Below are positions 29,470-37,541 of a stretch of DNA of 64,000 bases, in pieces. A program made the translations under genes and the position numbers. The stretch is from assembly GCA_037190965.1 (NCBI GenBank), contig JBBCKI010000034.1:68519-132518 (forward strand), given 5' to 3'. Source of the DNA: Chthoniobacteraceae bacterium (lineage in GTDB: Bacteria; Verrucomicrobiota; Verrucomicrobiia; Chthoniobacterales; Chthoniobacteraceae). How positions within the stretch are numbered: position 1 is the first letter of the stretch; the number at the start of each line of letters is the position of its first letter. The notes under the pieces were generated by a model. The model ran no database searches. It was not told the origin of the DNA and worked only from the letters and a program-made list of their open reading frames with translations.

Positions 29470-30663
29470 TTAGTCCGCCGTGGCTTCCGCTCCCCCTGGC
29501 CCCAACAGCCGCACCCGGTTATCACGGAAGGGGAGGCGGATAGTAAGCGTCAGGCCGACGCCCTCCGTGCTGACGAGATCAATTTCCCCGCCATGGGCGC
29601 GGACGATCCGGCGCACAATCAGGAGCCCCAGTCCGGAGCCCTGCGCCTTGGTGGTGAAATACGGCTGGAAGAGATTGCCCATGTTATCGGGCGAGACGCC
29701 GCCGCCGGTATCGGCGAAGCTGATGGACACATGCGTGTCATCCCGGTCGGTGCGGATGCGGAGGATGCCGCCGGTTTTCATTGCCTGGAAGGCGTTCTTG
29801 ATGACGTTATAAACCGCTTGCTTGAGCTGGTTGCGATCCACCTCCAGCAGCGGGAGATCCGAACGGAGCTCCTGCTCTACAATGGTGTTGCGGTCGGCGA
29901 TTTCCGCTTCGAGAAAACTGACCGATTCCTGCACGATCCGGTTGATGTCCTCCGGACGGGTTTCCAGCGGGGTGGGGCGGATCGCGCGTAGAAACTGATT
30001 GATGATCGAGTCGAGCCGCGTGATCTCTTCCTTGGCCACCTCGATCGACTCCTGCAACGGCAGGCGGGCCTCCTCGGGCAGTTTGCGCAGCCGCCGTTCG
30101 AGCAACTGCATGTGGATGTGAAGCGAGTTGAGCGGGTTGCCGATTTCATGCGCCACCCCGGCGGCAAGGAGGGTGAGCGCGGAGAGACGCTCCGACTCCA
30201 GCGTCTGCTCGGCGGAACGCCGGTTCTCAGTGATGTCGCGCAGGATCACGGCATAGCCGATCACGAAAGTGGCCGTCTCGTGGGCGTCGGTCTCCGTCTC
30301 TCCCTGCAACGGCACGACATAGAAATTGAGAATGCGGTTGTCGGGATAGAAAACCTCCATGTCGCGGCTGATGACCTTCTCCGCGCCTCCGGCCACTTCG
30401 TCCCAGTTCAACCCGCGCAGCCGGTCGGAGATAAGCCGTCCAATGCAGTCTTCCCGGGCGAAGCCGAAGAGGCGGCACGCGGCCTGGTTCACATACGTGA
30501 TCGTCCCTCCCGGCTCGGTGACGATGACCCCTTCCTGAATCGCGTTGAAGATTGTTTCGAGAAACCCCTTTTCCCGGGCAAGACGTGCCAGATAGGTCTG
30601 CACGTCTTCCGGACCCACGCGTCCGATGCGTTCGATCAGTTTATCGAGAAAGCCGGGTTTCAT
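29470..30663 (-). CDS. PAS-domain sensor histidine kinase (NtrB-like)
   Basis: PAS (EGVIVT..GTITYVNQAA), H-box AGVAHEIGNPL, N-box NVIKNA, DTGGG, PYFTTK, GSGLGL. Confidence 0.92.
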   Translation of the reverse strand: MKPGFLDKLIERIGRVGPEDVQTYLARLAREKGFLETIFNAIQEGVIVTEPGGTITYVNQAACRLFGFAREDCIGRLISDRLRGLNWDEVAGGAEKVISRDMEVFYPDNRILNFYVVPLQGETETDAHETATFVIGYAVILRDITENRRSAEQTLESERLSALTLLAAGVAHEIGNPLNSLHIHMQLLERRLRKLPEEARLPLQESIEVAKEEITRLDSIINQFLRAIRPTPLETRPEDINRIVQESVSFLEAEIADRNTIVEQELRSDLPLLEVDRNQLKQAVYNVIKNAFQAMKTGGILRIRTDRDDTHVSISFADTGGGVSPDNMGNLFQPYFTTKAQGSGLGLLIVRRIVRAHGGEIDLVSTEGVGLTLTIRLPFRDNRVRLLGPGGAEATAD

Positions 30664-30684
30664 GGGCATGGATCAGAAAAGCGG

Positions 30685-31053
30685 TCAGACATTCCACCGC
30701 CCGGGGCCATGGGCCGCCAGCATGCCGAGGCAGGCGAGGAAGGGAAGGTTGGCGATGATAACGGCGTCGGGATGTCCGATGGCTCCCTGCCAGATGGCGG
30801 CGGCATACAAGGCAATCACCGCGATGATCTGCACAATGGCAAGCGGGCGGGTCCAGAGGCCGATCAGCACGCAAAGGCCGAGTAGCGTCTCTCCCACGCC
30901 CAGGAGCGTCAGCAGCGTCGCCGCGTGAGCGGAGCCGGCGGTTGCTGCGACGATTTTGAGGTCCTGCGAATCCCGGATCAGCAGCTTCAGGTAGAGGCCC
31001 TGGTAAAACCAGGTGATGGCAACGGCGAGGCGGAGGAGAATAAGCGATTTCAT
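30685..31053 (-). CDS. DoxX-like membrane protein
   Basis: LLRLAVAITWFYQGLYLK, GVGETLLGL; four hydrophobic segments. Confidence 0.7.
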   Translation of the reverse strand: MKSLILLRLAVAITWFYQGLYLKLLIRDSQDLKIVAATAGSAHAATLLTLLGVGETLLGLCVLIGLWTRPLAIVQIIAVIALYAAAIWQGAIGHPDAVIIANLPFLACLGMLAAHGPGRWNV

Positions 31054-31205
31054 CGGGTCGGACGCGAACCCTAGGTGAGCAGGATGACCGGGCGTCTTCG
31101 AGCGAAAAATCTTCAGCCATCAGGGGTTCTTGGCGATGGCCGCCCTTTTCTTTTGCCACAGAATGTGCAACATAAGGCCGTCAACGCGGTTGAATTTCTT
31201 ACTTT

Positions 31206-31490
31206 ATGCCAAATTCATTCTTAAAAGCCGTCCTTGCCGGTGTATTCGCGATGACTTCCGCTTCGGTTTTCGCGGGAGAATTGATCCCGGAGACCTGCGT
31301 GGTCAATGGAGACAAATTTGCCGAGCGGACCAATCCGCCGCAGAAGGTGTCCTACGAAGGAAAGACGATCACGGTCTGCTGCAAAAAATGCGTCCGGAAG
31401 TTTCAGAAAGACCCGGCGAAATACATCAAGCTCTACGAGGAGGCTCTCGCCAAGGAAGCCGCCGCGAAGAAGGTGCAGGCCGCGAAGTAG
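31206..31490 (+). CDS. Small secreted YHS/TRASH-like Cys-rich metal-binding protein
   Basis: Signal peptide; TCVVNG...YEGKTITVCCKKCVRKFQKDPAKY. Confidence 0.75.
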   Translation: MPNSFLKAVLAGVFAMTSASVFAGELIPETCVVNGDKFAERTNPPQKVSYEGKTITVCCKKCVRKFQKDPAKYIKLYEEALAKEAAAKKVQAAK

Positions 31491-31496
31491 GGCTCG

Positions 31497-31919
31497 CTAT
31501 TTTGCGCCCTCGGGCTTCGGGATTTTGAAGATGGGTTCCCCGATTGTGGCTCCTCGCTTGTTCTTGGCGAGGATCGCGTCGAATTTCGGGGCTTGTTCCG
31601 GGGTGAGAATGGCTCGGATTTTCGCGATGGACTCATCCTCGATGAGCCCCTCGGGTGAAATGGGCCGTGAGCCGATGGATTCCCTGAGAATTTCCTCGGA
31701 GGTTTTCTTGGTGATGGCATAAAGCTGCTCCCGTTGAACGGGGGTAAGCTCCAGTTGACGACCGAGTCGGCGCACCACCATATCCGCGAGGACTTCGGGC
31801 CCCCCTGTCGTCAGTTGGCGGATTCTGGCGTCGGTAATCCGGACGCTCAGGGCGATGCCGGTGACGATGCCGAGAAAGAAGATCAGGCAGAGCCCGATGA
31901 TGGCTTTTGGCGTGCTCAT
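31497..31919 (-). CDS. Membrane-anchored hypothetical protein (Spy/CpxP-like LTxxQ motifs)
   Basis: N-terminal TM; LELTPVQ and ILTPEQ motifs; ATGA overlap with the upstream gene. Confidence 0.6.
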   Translation of the reverse strand: MSTPKAIIGLCLIFFLGIVTGIALSVRITDARIRQLTTGGPEVLADMVVRRLGRQLELTPVQREQLYAITKKTSEEILRESIGSRPISPEGLIEDESIAKIRAILTPEQAPKFDAILAKNKRGATIGEPIFKIPKPEGAK

Positions 31920-32137
31920 TTGGAAAGCGATTTTCCGGTGATCCTTTTGACGTAATCCCACTCTGCGGCGTGGGTTTGCAGGGCGGAGCGGATCGCCATT
32001 TCATCCTCCTCGGCGGTGCTCCAGACGTTCCAAACCACGGCGGCGGCAATCAAGCCGAACAGCGGCAGGAGACGCCATGCCCAAGTGGCGAAGGAATGAT
32101 TTTGAGAGGGAGCGGACCCGGTCATTGCGCACACCAT
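31916..32137 (-). CDS. Small single-TM hypothetical protein
   Basis: Fills the gap in a co-oriented operon, overlapping both neighbours; one TM helix. Confidence 0.5.
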   Translation of the reverse strand: MVCAMTGSAPSQNHSFATWAWRLLPLFGLIAAAVVWNVWSTAEEDEMAIRSALQTHAAEWDYVKRITGKSLSK

Positions 32138-32952
32138 TGCCTAAAAAGCTCGGCGGCCCAACTCGCAAAGGCCGCGCTGTTCTGCAGGAACTCGCGCACG
32201 AACTCGACAACGTGCGCCTGCGGAGCCGTCAGCAGCAGGAGCGCCGTCAGCAGGGCGAGGTTCATCAGGTAGATGATGATGAGCGAAAAGAAGGTGCCGT
32301 GGTAGGTGAGGTCGCTTTGTCCCTTGGGGATCATCCAGAGGGTAAAGGTGATGTGAAAGCACCAGGTGATACCCAGCGCCAGAAAAAGCCAGCGGGTGTG
32401 CGGGGCCACATCCCAGAAGAACGAGGCCACGAAGTAGAGGATGACGACCGCGACGCTATAGATCGGATAGAAATACGGCGCCAGCGAGATCCAGATGTTC
32501 TGTTTGTTGGTGAGGATGTAACCACCCTCAGCCCCCACCTTGAACGCGCTGACTCGCCCGCCCATCAGCCAGACCCAGATCGCATGGGTCAGTTCATGGC
32601 CGAAGACGTAGATGACCAACGGGCGCGGCAGACCGAAAAAGGCGATCAGCCAGAGCGCCGCACCGAGGGAAAAGAACCAGAATTCCTCGGTGGCCCAGAA
32701 CCCGTGGTGGATCGTTTCCCGGGAGAAAAGGGTAAAGAACGTCTGAGTCCAGATCCCCGCCAGCGGCAGCAGGAAAAGCCCGATGACCGCGTTGACCCAA
32801 CGGGTGGGAACCCTCAATGATTCCCCCCGTTCTTCGAATTCCTCTTCCTCCTCGTATTCCCCGTAATCGGCGGCGTCGAACAGCGAAGCCTGCCGGCTGA
32901 CGCGCAGCTTCCTCCGATCCGCGTTTTTGGGGCGCCGGGAGGGCGTCTTCAT
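32122..32952 (-). CDS. M50-like membrane zinc metallopeptidase
   Basis: YVFGHELTHA (HExxH), ISLAPY, QSDL; multiple TM segments. Confidence 0.7.
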   Translation of the reverse strand: MKTPSRRPKNADRRKLRVSRQASLFDAADYGEYEEEEEFEERGESLRVPTRWVNAVIGLFLLPLAGIWTQTFFTLFSRETIHHGFWATEEFWFFSLGAALWLIAFFGLPRPLVIYVFGHELTHAIWVWLMGGRVSAFKVGAEGGYILTNKQNIWISLAPYFYPIYSVAVVILYFVASFFWDVAPHTRWLFLALGITWCFHITFTLWMIPKGQSDLTYHGTFFSLIIIYLMNLALLTALLLLTAPQAHVVEFVREFLQNSAAFASWAAELFRQWCAQ

Positions 32953-32982
32953 AATGCCAATCGGGAGAAGCCGGTTCCGGGA

Positions 32983-33540
32983 TTAAGCCCGGCCCAGGTA
33001 AGCACCCGTGCGGGTGTCGATCTTGATGAGTTCGCCTTCCTTGATGAAAAGCGGGACGTTGATGACCTTGCCGGTCTCCAGCGTGGCCGGTTTCTGGACG
33101 TTGTTGGCGGAGTCGCCACGGACGCCTTCGGCGGATTCGGCGACCTTGAGCGTGACGGTGGAGGGCATTTCCACCTGCACCGCCTTGCCTTCGGCATAGA
33201 GAACTTCCACGGCGAGGTTTTCGACCAGGAAATCCTTGGCGTCTTCGAGCAGGTTCTCGTTGAGCGAGATCGTCTCGTAGGACTCCGGGTCCATGAAATG
33301 GTAGCCCGTCTGATCCTTGTAGCTGAACTCCAGCTTCTGCCGGTGCACTTCAACCAGTTCCACCTTGTCGGTGGAGCCGAAGCGGACGTCGGCCGATTTG
33401 CCGGTATTGATGTAGCGGATGATAGCCTGCACGAACGCACGGAGGTTGCCCGGGGTGCGGTGCATGACTTCGAGGACGATGGCGACGTTTCCGTTGTAAC
33501 GGATTGCCTGGCCTTTGCGGAGATCGTTTGCTGCTGCCAT
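32983..33540 (-). CDS. efp: Elongation factor P
   Basis: ANDLRKG, HRTPGNLRAFV, FMDPESYE, GVRGDSA, KPATLETG, VPLFI, IDTRTGAY. Confidence 0.97.
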   Translation of the reverse strand: MAAANDLRKGQAIRYNGNVAIVLEVMHRTPGNLRAFVQAIIRYINTGKSADVRFGSTDKVELVEVHRQKLEFSYKDQTGYHFMDPESYETISLNENLLEDAKDFLVENLAVEVLYAEGKAVQVEMPSTVTLKVAESAEGVRGDSANNVQKPATLETGKVINVPLFIKEGELIKIDTRTGAYLGRA

Positions 33541-33606
33541 TGTTTTTAAGAAATTGGTTGAAAATTAGTATCAGCGGAGGGGTTAAATCAAGCAGCGCCT
33601 TAAAAC

Positions 33607-34593
33607 CTACACAAGTCTGAACTTGGCGAGATCCTGCGTATCGACGAGCCCAACCGGGATCAACCGCCCCTGTGGATCTCCCGCCGCGACGATGACAATG
33701 TCATCGATCCGGTGCGCTTCGAGGACCCGGAGCACCTCCACGGCGAGCTTGTCGTCGGGGATGGTGATGGGCCGGGGGGTCATGAATTCGCAGACGGAGC
33801 GCTCCAGAAGGTCGGGAACCCGTTCGAAATGCCGCCCGAAATCGCCGTGGGTGAAAATCCCGGCAAGGGTGCCGTCCGGGTGAACGAGGATGGCGGAGCC
33901 GGTGCGGCACTTGGCCATCCGGCCCAGGACCTGGCGCACGGTGGCGGAGGCGGGGAGGGTGGCAATTGCGTCGCCGCTGCGCATGATCTGGGGGACTTTC
34001 AGCAGCAGCGTGCGCCCGAGACGTCCGCCCGGGTGGTAACGGGCAAAATCTTCTTTTTTGAAGCCGCGCGCTTCGAGCAGGACCATCGCCAGGGCATCCC
34101 CGAGGACAAGCATGGCAGTCGTGCTGGAGGTCGGCGCGAGGCCGAGCGGGCAGGCTTCGTCCTGAATGGAGACATCGAGATGGAAATGGGCCTGCCGGGC
34201 GAGAAACGACTTCGGGTTGCCCGTCATGGCGACGATTTTCACCTCAAAGCGGGCGAGGGCGGGCAGGATGTTGAGGAGTTCTTCCGTTTCTCCGGAATAA
34301 CTCAGCGCGAGCACCACATCGCCGTCGGCCACCACGCCGAGATCGCCATGCAGAGCATTGAGCGAATTGAGAACCACGGCGGGAGTGCCCGTGCTGGTGA
34401 GCGTGGCGGCGATCTTGTCGCCGATATGCCCCGATTTGCCGACCCCCATGACGACGACCTTTCCCTTGGCCTCGACGCAATGGCGGATCGTCTCCAGGGC
34501 ATCCACAAAAGAGCCGTCCAGCCGGGAGGCGACCCGGGCCATTTCCGCCATTTCAATTTCAAAAACACGTTTGGCTTTCCCAACGAAATCCAT
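33607..34593 (-). CDS. kdsD: KpsF/GutQ-family arabinose-5-phosphate isomerase (SIS + CBS)
   Basis: GVGKSGHIG.KIAATLTSTGT, HGDLG, SYSGETEE, EACPLGLAPTSST, HPGGRLG, CBS pair. Confidence 0.9.
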   Translation of the reverse strand: MDFVGKAKRVFEIEMAEMARVASRLDGSFVDALETIRHCVEAKGKVVVMGVGKSGHIGDKIAATLTSTGTPAVVLNSLNALHGDLGVVADGDVVLALSYSGETEELLNILPALARFEVKIVAMTGNPKSFLARQAHFHLDVSIQDEACPLGLAPTSSTTAMLVLGDALAMVLLEARGFKKEDFARYHPGGRLGRTLLLKVPQIMRSGDAIATLPASATVRQVLGRMAKCRTGSAILVHPDGTLAGIFTHGDFGRHFERVPDLLERSVCEFMTPRPITIPDDKLAVEVLRVLEAHRIDDIVIVAAGDPQGRLIPVGLVDTQDLAKFRLV

Positions 34594-34764
34594 GCGGGGC
34601 ACTTTGATACGGAGCTTTCCGTCTGCCAACAGGAAAACCATGTCCATTTTCTTTCCTCGCTTCTTTGGCGGCAATTGCTCATTCTAGGCTTGATTCCCCA
34701 AGAGCGGCTTTGGTTGAGTCCTTTCACTGGACAGCCGGCGTTTGCGGGCGAAACTGTAGACCCA

Positions 34765-35574
34765 ATGAATTCATTTTCCTTAACCGCGCTTCTGTGCGCG
34801 CTGGCCGTGGGGTTCGCCCTTCCGGGTCATGCACAGGACGAGCCGCCGCGCCGCATCGATGTGAGCGCTCTTCCCGCCACGATTGTTGACGACGTCGTCG
34901 TCCCCGTTCCGACCGAGGTCTTCGGGGTGCTCGACAAACTTGGCTCTCCCAACTGGCACGACGTGCTCCGCAAGGTGAACGGCGCCAAGCTCGGGGAACG
35001 GCCCCAGGTGGCTCTCCTGCTCGGAACCGTGATCGCAGAGGGGTTTATCGCCGTGGAGGCTCAGGAGCCCGAGGAGATCAAAAAGATTGGCCGGCACGTA
35101 TTGAATCTTGCCGGTGCGATTGGCGTCCGGAAATCGGTGATTGCCCGAACCAGCAGCATCATTGAGGCCGCTGACAAGAAGGATTGGGCGCGAATCCGGG
35201 TGGAGTTTGACGGGGCTTCGCAGGATGTGAAACAGGCCATGATCGAGCTTAAGGACGAGCAGCTTGCCCAGCTTGTGAGCTTGGGCGGGTGGCTGCGTGG
35301 CACGGAAGCGCTGACCCAGGTGGTCTCCAAGAATTACACAAAGGACGGAGCGGAACTGCTCCATCAACCGGCCCTGCTCGACCATTTCCAACGGCAGCTC
35401 GACGGGATGGACCCCCGTATGAAGCGTAATCCCGTCGTGAAGAAAGTCCGCACCCGCCTTCCAGAAATCCGCCCGTTGATTGAAAAGCCGAACTCGATTT
35501 CGGAGAAAGGCGTGGACGAGATCCATTCCATCACCCGTGAATTGGTAAAGGCCATATCCTCCCAGGAGTCTTGA
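34765..35574 (+). CDS. Secreted alpha-helical hypothetical protein
   Basis: ATG 34765 gives a signal peptide (MNSFSLTALLCALAVGFALPGHA). The upstream ORF extension is antisense to kdsD. Confidence 0.75.
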   Translation: MNSFSLTALLCALAVGFALPGHAQDEPPRRIDVSALPATIVDDVVVPVPTEVFGVLDKLGSPNWHDVLRKVNGAKLGERPQVALLLGTVIAEGFIAVEAQEPEEIKKIGRHVLNLAGAIGVRKSVIARTSSIIEAADKKDWARIRVEFDGASQDVKQAMIELKDEQLAQLVSLGGWLRGTEALTQVVSKNYTKDGAELLHQPALLDHFQRQLDGMDPRMKRNPVVKKVRTRLPEIRPLIEKPNSISEKGVDEIHSITRELVKAISSQES

Positions 35575-35579
35575 TTCCC

Positions 35580-36011
35580 GTGAAAACGATTGTCTGCTTC
35601 GCCATCGCCCTGCTCTGTCTGCTGCGTCCTCCGGCCCATGCCACCATCGACGACGCGCTCTCCTTCGCCTTGGAAGCGGCGACCCCCTATGTGAAGGAGG
35701 GGTTTACCGTCCGTGAGGATTATTGGGGGGGAGACCTCCCGATCAAACAGCAGAAGGCCATCGTCCATCAGCTCTTCAAGGGGAACGAATACTGGTTCTG
35801 GATGGGGACCGACGTGGAGAACGCCAAGATCACCGTCCATATCTACGATTCCGAAGGCAACCTCGCCGAAGCGGAAAGCTGGCAGAACAAGCCGCACATG
35901 GCCGCCGCCCGCATCGTCCCGAAGAAAACCGGCTCTTATTACCTGATCGTGGAGATCCAGAAGTCCTCCGAAGAACGCACCCGCTGGGCGCTGGCCTACG
36001 GATTCCGGTAA
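35580..36011 (+). CDS. Secreted small beta-sandwich (PPC-like) hypothetical protein
   Basis: Signal peptide MKTIVCFAIALL; VHIYDSEGN and PKKTGSYYLIV. Confidence 0.7.
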   Translation: MKTIVCFAIALLCLLRPPAHATIDDALSFALEAATPYVKEGFTVREDYWGGDLPIKQQKAIVHQLFKGNEYWFWMGTDVENAKITVHIYDSEGNLAEAESWQNKPHMAAARIVPKKTGSYYLIVEIQKSSEERTRWALAYGFR

Positions 36012-36101
36012 AACCGGAGAGCGGAACCGGAGACCGGAAAGGCGCGTTTCCGCGCGGGGAGAATCGGGAAACGCGCTAAAACGCCTTCTCGCTAATCTCC
36101 C

Positions 36102-36154
36102 CTCGTTACCAATCTTCAGATTGGTAACGCCCTTGTCTTCGAATCTCCGATTCG
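36102..36154. repeat. REP-like element family 2, single arm (two hairpins)
   Basis: CTCGTTACCAATCT-TC-AGATTGGTAACG + CGAATC-TCC-GATTCG. 47/53 identical, ungapped, to the reverse complement of 45740-45792. Confidence 0.85.
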
Positions 36155-36213
36155 CCCGCATTCGGGTGCCCCCTAGGACGACGGTTTCACGTCTCCGGAT
36201 CCGTTAATACGGT

Positions 36214-37425
36214 CTAATTCCCCGAGGGGTAGGGAATCGGTGGGATTTCTTTCCAGTCGTTTGCCCCACGGAGGCTTTCCGCACCGAGGCATCCGACGGC
36301 CACACTTTGCCGCCCGGCGATGGGGTTCGACTCGTCGTAGCGTTCCGCCGAGAGATCATCCAGCCAGGCATGGAGCATTCGGGTGTCCGCACCGCCGTGA
36401 CCTCCGGAGTCGAGCTGGAAGCGTTCCGTACGGCGGCTTTTGGCGTCACGGAACAGGATTTCGATGCGGTGGTCGTTTTGCCAGCCGCTGCGGCGCTTTT
36501 GTGGCTCGAAGCATTCCATGCGGCCCCGGGTGCCGATGAAGGTATAGCTGCGGTGGTAATCCGGCGTGAACTGGCACTGGGCGTAGCTGACAAGCGCGCC
36601 GTTTTCGAGTTCCATGAGCAGGAGCTCGTTGTCCTCTACATCGATCTCGCTCCGGAAGGCGCACTGATTGCGGACGAGTTCCGCCGGGTAGGCCGATTCA
36701 GGGCAGGTGAATTGTTCGGGGCACTCCTCGCATTTTAAATCGTCGGGCTGGCTGCCGCCGAAGTAGCTGCGATTGCCAATGGCCATAACCCGCCTGCTGT
36801 AGGAGCCCGTGACGTAATGAACGATATCAATATCGTGGGTCGCCTTTTGCAGCAGGAGCGTGTTGGCGCGCGAGCGCAGGGCATGCCAGTCCTGGAAGTA
36901 ATAGTTCCCGCCCATGCCGACGAAATGCCGTACCCAAACGGCGCGAATGGGGCCCAACTCGCCGCTTTCAGCGATCTCCCTCATGCGCTGATACATCGGG
37001 TGGTAGCGAAGATTAAAGCCGATCTTGAGGGGGCTATTTGTTTCCCGTTGGCAGAGAAGCATGGAGTCGCAATGGGCAAGCTGGATGGCCATCGGCTTTT
37101 CGCACAAAACCGCTTTTCCCGCCCGCATGGCGGCATTGGCATAGCAGGCATGGAGGTCGTCAGGCGTCGCAATGACAAGCGCGTCAATCTCGGGACCGAG
37201 CAGGTCTTCAAATTTGGGTCGCACCGGTACGACAACCTCCCGACGCTTGCAAAATTCGGCGGCGATCTCCGGGCGGGCGTCAAAGCCGGCTATAATTTCG
37301 GCCCGCCGCGAAACCGCGAGGCGTTGGGCGAGGGCAGAACCACGGTTGCCCAGGCCGACGACGCCGATTTTTTTGGCATTTTGAAGGGGCTGCTTGTTGG
37401 GCAAGTTTGGGCTGAACGTTGGCAT
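36214..37425 (-). CDS. Gfo/Idh/MocA-family NAD(P)-dependent oxidoreductase
   Basis: IGVVGLGNRG, ATPDDLH, LCEKPMA, GFNLRYHP, KATHDID, GGHGGAD. Confidence 0.92.
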   Translation of the reverse strand: MPTFSPNLPNKQPLQNAKKIGVVGLGNRGSALAQRLAVSRRAEIIAGFDARPEIAAEFCKRREVVVPVRPKFEDLLGPEIDALVIATPDDLHACYANAAMRAGKAVLCEKPMAIQLAHCDSMLLCQRETNSPLKIGFNLRYHPMYQRMREIAESGELGPIRAVWVRHFVGMGGNYYFQDWHALRSRANTLLLQKATHDIDIVHYVTGSYSRRVMAIGNRSYFGGSQPDDLKCEECPEQFTCPESAYPAELVRNQCAFRSEIDVEDNELLLMELENGALVSYAQCQFTPDYHRSYTFIGTRGRMECFEPQKRRSGWQNDHRIEILFRDAKSRRTERFQLDSGGHGGADTRMLHAWLDDLSAERYDESNPIAGRQSVAVGCLGAESLRGANDWKEIPPIPYPSGN

Positions 37426-37541
37426 GGCGTGATGAATGAAAGATTAAAAGCGGGTAGGTCTCTGCTGCCGCTCATGAACGCGTGACGCCCTGAGCGTGGC
37501 GGAAAAAGGAGGGCCCCCGAAGAAGACCTCCAAGGGACGAT

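Noticed and set aside
33712..34764. N-terminal 351 aa of the 620-aa ORF 33712-35574
   Set aside because: Antisense shadow of kdsD. The start at 34765 gives a clean signal peptide.
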